NCBI GenBank assembly: GCA_964633425.1
Contig: CAZWFX010000004.1
Coordinates: 18,517-82,516 of the forward strand
Origin: an uncultured Candidatus Saccharibacteria bacterium
GTDB lineage: Bacteria > Patescibacteriota > Minisyncoccia > Phycocordibacterales > UBA2100
DNA length: 64,000 nt
Direction of reading: 5' to 3'
Part shown: piece after piece, positions 58,724 to 64,000 of the stretch
How the letters are laid out: each line of letters opens with the position of its first letter
How positions within the stretch are numbered: the first letter of the stretch is position 1
Notes under the pieces: generated by a model
The model's database searches: none
What the model was told of the DNA's origin: nothing
The model's input: only the letters and a program-made list of their open reading frames with translations
Position numbers and translations under genes: made by a program

Positions 58724-59158
58724 CTAGAGAGCGCCGATCTCACCGAGTTTTTCGGCAAGAGCGTCGGCCTGCTTCTCTATACGGGCTTTGTAGGTGTTCC
58801 AGCGTTCCGCATCCCAGATCTCGACTCGATCTGAAACTCCAGCAAAGACGACGTTCTTTTTCAAACCTGCAAACTGTGTCTGATGTGCAGGTATGAGAAC
58901 GCGTCCGGCAGCGTCGACCTCGACCTCTGCGGCACCGGAAAGAATGAAGCGGTTGAATCCTCGTGTATCAGCTTGCGCGAACGAGAGGTCCTGCAGTTTT
59001 GCCGCCACCTTCTCCCAGTCCTTGCGTGAGTACACGAACAAACAGTTATCGAGTCCGCGCGTCATCACGACCTTTTTGCCGAGACCTGTGCGAAAGGACT
59101 TCGGAAGCGAAATGCGCTTCTTTTCATCCAGACTGTGTTCGTACTCGCCGATATACAT
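58724..59158 (-). CDS. mraZ: Transcriptional regulator MraZ
   Basis: 144 aa. MYIGEYEHSLDEKKRISLPKSFR and a second DAAGRVLIPAHQ (two SpoVT/AbrB-like repeats). Confidence 0.9.
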   Translation of the reverse strand: MYIGEYEHSLDEKKRISLPKSFRTGLGKKVVMTRGLDNCLFVYSRKDWEKVAAKLQDLSFAQADTRGFNRFILSGAAEVEVDAAGRVLIPAHQTQFAGLKKNVVFAGVSDRVEIWDAERWNTYKARIEKQADALAEKLGEIGAL

Positions 59159-59204
59159 AGGGTTTCAATCACTCATTCCGTGGATCGGACCAAAAAGTCC
59201 TTTT

Positions 59205-59249
59205 CCCACTTTTTCCCACTGAATAAGAGTATATACCACTATACCCCAC
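59205..59249 (-). promoter_or_regulatory. Phased GTGG(G/T) boxes upstream of mraZ (putative MraZ operator/promoter)
   Basis: On the mraZ strand: GTGGG, GTGGT, GTGGG, GTGGG at spacings of 10, 20 and 10 nt (plus-strand CCCAC/ACCAC at 59205, 59215, 59235, 59245). A TATATAC element lies in the 20-nt gap. Confidence 0.6.
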
Positions 59250-59294
59250 CCCATCACAGTTATCCACACGAACAGACCCCTTTCTCGCGTAATC

Positions 59295-59320
59295 AAAAAG
59301 CCCCGGAATCCGGGGCTTTT
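59295..59320 (-). terminator. Rho-independent terminator of 59338..59877
   Basis: GCCCCGG-aat-CCGGGGC, followed on the minus strand by TTTTTG. Confidence 0.75.
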
Positions 59321-59337
59321 ATCTGTGAAAAGGACGA

Positions 59338-59877
59338 TCACGATTCGACGAACAAATCGGTCTTGAGCATGAACTTTACGCCGCGCTCTACCGGCAGTCC
59401 CTCGTGCGGAACAGTGTGCAGGAAGAGATACGCGTCGCCTGGGGAGAGCTGATCACTCAGATGAATGCCGCGAAACAGTGTTTCGCCTCCGGTGTATCCG
59501 CTGTTGAGACACACGAGTACGCTGTACCGAGCGACCGAGCCGTTTGGGCCGGGGAAATCGTCGTCGGTGTGCTCCGGCACGGCGCCTGCTCCCCCGGTAA
59601 GCCGATAGACGCGCATCATCTCGTCGATTGAGACCGGACGATCGGGCGCGATTGCGACCGCGTCGACCTTGCCGAGAATCTTTTGCGCGACCAGCGGCAG
59701 CTGTACGTCTTTACGACACGCGATCCCATGCCCCTCATCGTCATGATGAGTTCGCGCACCGCTGTGTGCGCAGAGCATCGCACACTCGTTCGGTGACAAC
59801 ACATTACGCAGCACATGTACGCTACACATCGCAGACACGACGACCTTGCGGCGGATCGGCAGAATAACAACACTCAT
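59338..59877 (-). CDS. 2OG-Fe(II) oxygenase, prolyl-4-hydroxylase-like
   Basis: 179 aa. VPEHTDDDF (HxD), FLHTVPHEG (distal His), KFMLKTDL. Confidence 0.6.
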   Translation of the reverse strand: MSVVILPIRRKVVVSAMCSVHVLRNVLSPNECAMLCAHSGARTHHDDEGHGIACRKDVQLPLVAQKILGKVDAVAIAPDRPVSIDEMMRVYRLTGGAGAVPEHTDDDFPGPNGSVARYSVLVCLNSGYTGGETLFRGIHLSDQLSPGDAYLFLHTVPHEGLPVERGVKFMLKTDLFVES

Positions 59878-59936
59878 TGCGACCTCCCTATGAATCAGCC
59901 CTTACCATGCCACAGCATGGATATGTGAGCAAAACG

Positions 59937-60560
59937 TTACTTGAGTTCGAATCCGAAGAGGCGCTCGAGTGCATTGAGCGATCCCGGCACCACATTGAAA
60001 ATAATCGGGAGTGCAAACAGAACATACGCTGTGTGGATGGATACGAACGCCATCCCGATACCGATAAGCGTAAAGAGCGGCGTGACCATCTGACGAATCT
60101 TTGCCTGTTTAATGAGTCTCGACGACACCTCGGTGGTGTCGATCTCGTCGGAAGAGAGTGCGTAGTTGAAGATAATCACATTCAGTACGCCGATGAGAAA
60201 GACATTGACCCCGTACACCGCAACCGCGAGCGGAATATCCTGATAGATATCAAGCACGCGAGCGGAAAACGGAATAAGCGAGATGAGCGCCAGATACGTG
60301 AGGTTCAAGATCACAAGCACGCGGTTGATATTTTTGGCAAAAACGGAGTACAGAAAATTGTGCCCGATCCAAAACATGGTGAGAACGACAAAACTCAAAA
60401 AGAATTCCACCAACGTGGGCACCAGCTCTATGAGCGCACGCGCAAGCGAAGCCGAGGTTTTGATCAATTCTGTATCCGGGATCTTTACATCAAATACGAG
60501 CAACGTAAGCACGATTGCAAAAAGGCCGTCTGACAGATTTTCGAGTCGAGTTTTGTTCAT
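59937..60560 (-). CDS. TMEM175/DUF1211-family membrane protein (putative K+ channel)
   Basis: RLENLSDGLFAIVLTLLVFD is the family signature. About 6 TM helices. Confidence 0.75.
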   Translation of the reverse strand: MNKTRLENLSDGLFAIVLTLLVFDVKIPDTELIKTSASLARALIELVPTLVEFFLSFVVLTMFWIGHNFLYSVFAKNINRVLVILNLTYLALISLIPFSARVLDIYQDIPLAVAVYGVNVFLIGVLNVIIFNYALSSDEIDTTEVSSRLIKQAKIRQMVTPLFTLIGIGMAFVSIHTAYVLFALPIIFNVVPGSLNALERLFGFELK

Positions 60561-60748
60561 TGCGGATATACTATCAAATTTTCATGTATGTGGTGGGCCA
60601 TCATCCGCGGTGACTCATCTCGCGGGTGGCAATACCACCTGGGAAACCCTCGGTTTTCCCATTCCTTCCTCCACGGGAAAACAGCATGTTTTCCCGACCC
60701 CTTTCTGGGTCTGGTCCACAATCCGAAAAAGTCTGCCGCAGGGCGGCA

Positions 60749-60894
60749 TTTATTTGTGGGTCACAGATAATTTCCTCGCCGCCGCTCGGAAATTTCTCTG
60801 ACCACGGCTCGCCCGTTTTGCGTGCTCGCAAAACATGGCTCCGCCCGTCCACAAACCGAAAAAGTCTGCCGCAGGGCAGACTTCTTCGTGTTTG
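60749..60894 (-). repeat. tRNA-trailer repeat, copy downstream of tRNA-Ala(GGC)
   Basis: 146 bp with 1 mismatch to 62882..63027. On the tRNA strand: terminator hairpin GTCTGCC-ctgc-GGCAGAC+TTTTT, H1 GTTTTGCG-AGCA-CGCAAAAC, H2 AATTTCC-GAGCGGCGGCGA-GGAAATT, H3 TGTG-acc-CACA. Confidence 0.85.
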
Positions 60895-60967
60895 TGGACC
60901 ATACCGGAATCGAACCGGTCACCTCTTCCATGCCATGGAAGCGCTCTACCAAATGAGCTAATGGCCC
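60895..60967 (-). tRNA. tRNA-Ala (anticodon GGC)
   Basis: Manual cloverleaf: acceptor GGGCCAT/ATGGTCC with G3:U70, anticodon arm CTTCC-ATGGCAT-GGAAG, T arm ACCGG-TTCGATT-CCGGT. No encoded CCA. Confidence 0.85.
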
Positions 60968-61004
60968 GTAACGCGGACCATCGTATCAAAACTTATCGCG
61001 AACG

Positions 61005-61505
61005 CTACATCGCCTGAGGGTCCGTTATCGCCGGCGGATGCGAAAGGCATTGCTTGAGAGAGTCCGATTCGGTCCACCCGCACTTTCCGCTTGCCTGAAT
61101 TTCGCAGGTCGCCTCGCGATAGCACGCATACTCCGGTCGGAACTCGCAGGTAGAAACTCCCCCGCCGTTCGCCGCCTCTTCGGCCGATATACAGAGCTGC
61201 ATTGAACAGCCGGATACCGCGCACCCATTGCTCACAACACCTGTTTGCGGAGGAGGCATATGCGAAACAGTCTGTGCATCATTGGTGAATGTGCGACCGT
61301 CGGGCGTTGCGCACTGTTCCGGAGATGACTCCATGATCGGGTAGCCCGCTCGTTTGCATTCTTCGAATGTGGAAATGCCATACATTTCCTGCTGTTTGGC
61401 GATGTTTGAGAGTGAGAGCATGAGCCCGGCGATAAGCGCGAGCACGACGGCCAAACCGAGGAGCATGGGAATACTGGTCTGTTTGTGAGCGGTCTCGCCT
61501 TCCAT
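61005..61505 (-). CDS. Membrane-anchored Cys-rich hypothetical protein
   Basis: 166 aa with an N-terminal TM helix (IPMLLGLAVVLALIAGLMLSL) and multiple Cys in the ectodomain. Confidence 0.5.
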   Translation of the reverse strand: MEGETAHKQTSIPMLLGLAVVLALIAGLMLSLSNIAKQQEMYGISTFEECKRAGYPIMESSPEQCATPDGRTFTNDAQTVSHMPPPQTGVVSNGCAVSGCSMQLCISAEEAANGGGVSTCEFRPEYACYREATCEIQASGKCGWTESDSLKQCLSHPPAITDPQAM

Positions 61506-61569
61506 ATATGCATTGTATCAGACGTTGATTTTTGGAACTTCTTTCCGAAGCCGCTATAATCCCGCGTAC

Positions 61570-61643
61570 GCACCTTTAGCTCAGTTGGTTAGAGCGTTCG
61601 ATTCACATTCGAAAGGCCTCAGGTTCGAATCCTGAAAGGTGCA
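61570..61643 (+). tRNA. tRNA-Val (anticodon CAC)
   Basis: Acceptor GCACCTT/AAGGTGC, D arm GCTC..GAGC, anticodon arm TTCGA-TTCACAT-TCGAA, T arm TCAGG-TTCGAAT-CCTGA. Confidence 0.85.
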
Positions 61644-61790
61644 CCGTGCACAGAAAACCTGCCCTGCGGCAGGTTCTCCGGCCTGCACCGGCCGGAGCGC
61701 TGTGAGCCCAGCGGGTCGAACCGAGAGGCGGGGTCGCGAAAATTATTGAGCGGCGGCGAGATCATTATTCGTGACCACTGGATGTTTTCC
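61644..61790 (+). repeat. tRNA-trailer repeat, degenerate copy downstream of tRNA-Val
   Basis: Terminator hairpin AACCTGCC-ctgc-GGCAGGTT, then GAAAATTATTGAGCGGCGGCGAGATCATTATTCGTGACCAC, which retains the GAGCGGCGGCGA core. Confidence 0.6.
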
Positions 61791-61906
61791 TGCTAGGATA
61801 CGTGGCGATGAGATTTTTTGTCGGGCGAAAACCGACAAGGGTTTCTCTGGAGTCTTTTTGCCGGACTGTCCGGCTTGCACATTGCAGATCAGTAAAGTCT
61901 TTTAGC

Positions 61907-61980
61907 CGGGCTGTAGTATACCGGTAGTACGCACGCTTCGGGTGCGTGTAGACTGGGTTCGATTCCCAGCAGCCCGACCA
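61907..61980 (+). tRNA. tRNA-Pro (anticodon CGG), CCA encoded
   Basis: Acceptor CGGGCTG/CAGCCCG (C1:G72, as in bacterial tRNA-Pro), anticodon arm CACGC-TTCGGGT-GCGTG, T arm CTGGG-TTCGATT-CCCAG, then ACCA. Confidence 0.8.
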
Positions 61981-62097
61981 AAAGACTGTACTGTAGTGCG
62001 TGTAGACGGGTCGTGCGGCGCTACGCGCGCTCGCGCCTCACCCTGCAACTCGACACGAAAGATTCCTGAGGCCCGACAAAAGATCTCATCGATAATG

Positions 62098-62171
62098 CGG
62101 GCTGTAGTATACCGGTAGTACGCATGGCTGGGGGTCATGTAGACCGGGTTCGATCCCCGGCAGCCCGACCA
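62098..62171 (+). tRNA. tRNA-Pro (anticodon GGG), CCA encoded
   Basis: Same acceptor and D arm as the first tRNA-Pro, anticodon arm CATGG-CTGGGGG-TCATG, T arm CCGGG-TTCGATC-CCCGG, then ACCA. Confidence 0.8.
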
Positions 62172-62355
62172 TAATCCTCCGAAACGTGCGCCGGGAATCT
62201 CCGGGTTCGAGTCACGCATCATTCGCTGCTGCGAATGTACGCAACCCCGACTCGCGCCGCCGCGCTCCGTCTCTTGCGCCCTTCCCGACCCAGGGCGCAA
62301 GCCCGGCAGCCCGACAATTTGACTAAACTCTAATAGTGTGGCTATATAGCGCTCT

Positions 62356-62838
62356 ATGGTGATCGTACCCATATGGATGCGTGTGATTCTCGCTGCCGGC
62401 CTATGCTTCGCTGCGGGCGCTATTGCCGCGCTGCATATGACCAATCAGTCACTTGGCTACTTTGGATCACTTGATCGTCCGCTATTTTTTGCAATGCCGA
62501 TTCCGGTCATCTTTTTCGCACTCATTGTTACCTACGCGATCATTTCCATCGCATCAGCGCTCATGTGGATCCACGATCCGCGTCCGTGGGATTTCCGCGG
62601 TTGGGTGCCGCTCTTCTTTACACACCTGCTTCTGCAGGTGGGGTGGCTCATACTCCTGTTCGCATACAACGTCGTGTTTGTCGCAATGCTGATCGCATTC
62701 GTGCTTGCGACCTACGTGTTCATCCTGACCGCAGCCGCATGGGAACGCAGCAGGATCGCCTTTTGGCTTTTACTCGTGTACTTGGCGTGGACACTCTACG
62801 CACTCGGCATGAATATCGCCGTGTGGGGTGTTAACTAA
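62356..62838 (+). CDS. TspO/MBR-family membrane protein (second paralog)
   Basis: 160 aa, five TM helices, Trp-rich (PRPWDFRGWVPLFFTHLLLQVGWLILLF...WTLYALGMNIAVW). Confidence 0.65.
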   Translation: MVIVPIWMRVILAAGLCFAAGAIAALHMTNQSLGYFGSLDRPLFFAMPIPVIFFALIVTYAIISIASALMWIHDPRPWDFRGWVPLFFTHLLLQVGWLILLFAYNVVFVAMLIAFVLATYVFILTAAAWERSRIAFWLLLVYLAWTLYALGMNIAVWGVN

Positions 62839-62881
62839 CATTGTGGGTCACAAATCACAAAAACCTGCTGCAGAGCTGGTT

Positions 62882-63027
62882 TTTATTTGTGGGTCACAGA
62901 TAATTTCCTCGCCGCCGCTCGGAAATTTCTCTGACCACGGCTCGCCCGTTTTGCGTGCTCGCAAAACATGGCTCCGCCCGTCCACAAACCGAAAAAGTCT
63001 GCCGCAGGGCAGACTTTTTCGTGTTTG
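62882..63027 (-). repeat. tRNA-trailer repeat, copy downstream of tRNA-Ala(CGC)
   Basis: 146 bp, 145/146 identical to 60749..60894, although the two adjacent tRNA-Ala genes themselves differ substantially. Confidence 0.85.
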
Positions 63028-63098
63028 TGGACCTATCGAGAATCGAACTCGAGACTGTGCAATGCGAATGCACCGGTATACCACTTACCTATAGGCCC
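63028..63098 (-). tRNA. tRNA-Ala (anticodon CGC)
   Basis: Acceptor GGGCCTA/TAGGTCC with G3:U70, anticodon arm GTGCA-TTCGCAT-TGCAC, T arm TCGAG-TTCGATT-CTCGA, 4-nt variable loop. No CCA. Confidence 0.75.
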
Positions 63099-63148
63099 GT
63101 TGACGAGAAAATATACCACTCTCTCCTCGAAACAAAAAGTGTATATAA

Positions 63149-63178
63149 CAAAAACCTCCGCTTTCGCGGAGGTTTTTG
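63149..63178 (-). terminator. Rho-independent terminator of greA
   Basis: AAAAACCTCCGC-tttc-GCGGAGGTTTTT. Confidence 0.8.
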
Positions 63179-63646
63179 TTATTTGATGTTCACGATCTTG
63201 TACTTCTGCTGGCCTTTTGGGGTCTCGAAGGAGAACATGTCTCCTTTCTTTTTTTCCATCAGCGCGCTGCCGAGCGGCGAGAGGTGCGAAATCTTTCTCT
63301 CCTGCATGTTTGCCTCGGCGGAACCGACAATCTCGTACGTGTGTTCGTCTTTCTCTCCCTGCTTCTGAATAGTAACGAACGATCCGAGCGATACCGTATT
63401 ACCCTTCGTATGCTCGATAATGCGTGCATGCGAAAGCTGCTCTTCGATCACACGAATGCGGTCCTCGGTCGCAGCCTGGAGATTGCGCGCCTCCTCGTAT
63501 TCGGCGTTCTCGGACAGATCCCCGAGTGATCGGGCGTATTCCAATTGCTCCGCGATCTCACGACGTCGCACAGTCTTCAAGTGTTCCAACTCACCGGTCA
63601 ATTCGTCGAACTTTTCCTTGCTCAAGTAGTTTGTTTCATCTGCCAT
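63179..63646 (-). CDS. greA: Transcription elongation factor GreA
   Basis: 155 aa. GDLSENAEYEEARNLQA coiled-coil tip and a C-terminal FKBP-like domain. Confidence 0.9.
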   Translation of the reverse strand: MADETNYLSKEKFDELTGELEHLKTVRRREIAEQLEYARSLGDLSENAEYEEARNLQAATEDRIRVIEEQLSHARIIEHTKGNTVSLGSFVTIQKQGEKDEHTYEIVGSAEANMQERKISHLSPLGSALMEKKKGDMFSFETPKGQQKYKIVNIK

Positions 63647-63708
63647 ATTTGGGTTGCGCGCATTATACAGGAGAACCTCACGGCGACAATGTGGGAAACT
63701 TTTCCGAC

Positions 63709-64000
63709 CTATCGAACGTATTCGGGATGATGCTCCATCAGCCAGTAAAAGAACGGCTGCAAACCCGGAGCCGCCCCCGAAGCCGTGTGCGCAGGCGCTT
63801 TTTCGAGTACGACTGCGTAGGCATATTTCGGGTCATCAGCCGGCCAAAATCCGACCGACCACGAGTTCATATATTCATTATGTGAACCAAGCTGAGCGGT
63901 GCCGGTTTTGGCAGAGATCTGTATACCGGCAATATTCAGCGCTTTGACAGTTGCATCGGGTCGGTCCGATACCACCGCCATACGCATACCTTCGCGCGCC
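63709..64000 (-). CDS. Penicillin-binding protein, C-terminal transpeptidase fragment (5' end outside window)
   Basis: The frame stays open to base 64000 (...AREGMRMAVV...). Contains the KTGTAQ motif and SWSVGFWPADDPKYAYAVVLE. Confidence 0.7.
   Translation of the reverse strand, partial: AREGMRMAVVSDRPDATVKALNIAGIQISAKTGTAQLGSHNEYMNSWSVGFWPADDPKYAYAVVLEKAPAHTASGAAPGLQPFFYWLMEHHPEYVR

Noticed and set aside
62172-62301. Possible third tRNA (T-arm-like CCGGGTTCGAGTC)
   Set aside because: I could not build acceptor, D or anticodon arms around it. At most it is a degraded pseudogene.
61902-62444. 180-aa minus-strand ORF
   Set aside because: Runs antisense straight through both tRNA-Pro genes and their spacers. 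An artefact of stop-poor GC-rich sequence.
60600-63033. Possible CRISPR array suggested by recurring hairpin repeats
   Set aside because: Copies are irregularly spaced, in both orientations, 146 bp long and interleaved with tRNA and protein genes. There is no short-repeat/unique-spacer periodicity and no cas genes in the window.
60626-63094. Plus-strand ORFs 60626..60961 and 62828..63094 sharing an identical ~45-aa peptide (FICGSQIISSPPLGNFSDHGSPVLRARKTW...)
   Set aside because: The shared peptide is just the translation of the 146-bp tRNA-trailer repeat. Both ORFs continue antisense into tRNA-Ala genes and cross terminator hairpins.

Overview
64-kb chromosomal window from a tightly packed bacterium. 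The backbone is visibly GC-rich and is interrupted by AT-richer islands. Gene content (CxxC-x17-CxxC protein, DKNYY protein, minimal F1Fo subunits, many small secreted or anchored hypotheticals) suggests a Patescibacteria/CPR-like lineage, but this is inference only. Core genes: a complete F1Fo ATP synthase operon on the minus strand (atpBEFHAG ... atpDC), split by four tightly packed genes including three nucleotide house-cleaning enzymes; ahcY; an M50 protease; a hybrid histidine kinase; the dcw cluster mraZ-rsmH-ftsL-ftsI-murF with phased GTGGG boxes upstream; greA; and six tRNAs (Glu-CUC, Ala-GGC, Val-CAC, Pro-CGG, Pro-GGG, Ala-CGC). Accessory or unusual content: (1) an AT-rich three-gene cassette at 22.3-24.5 kb (membrane protein + ABC-type ATPase + DUF4276/Toprim-like protein), a candidate OLD/PARIS/AbiL-class defence module lying next to a 75-bp direct repeat that duplicates a gene 3' end. 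(2) An ~8.9-kb AT-rich island abutting tRNA-Glu, with a large serine recombinase whose ORF ends inside the tRNA, a type III R-M system (HTH-mod-res), a SEC-C/zinc-ribbon protein of unknown function, and a GC-rich structured intergenic region. (3) A 28-bp palindrome present three times: in front of an ArsR-family gene, in front of an FNR-like/DapD-like/membrane operon, and in front of an orphan ~200-nt noncoding stretch. (4) A hairpin-rich repeat family placed directly downstream of tRNA genes, with compensatory base changes between copies. No rRNA genes or CRISPR arrays were seen. All protein calls rest on motifs read by eye from the supplied translations; no database search was run.
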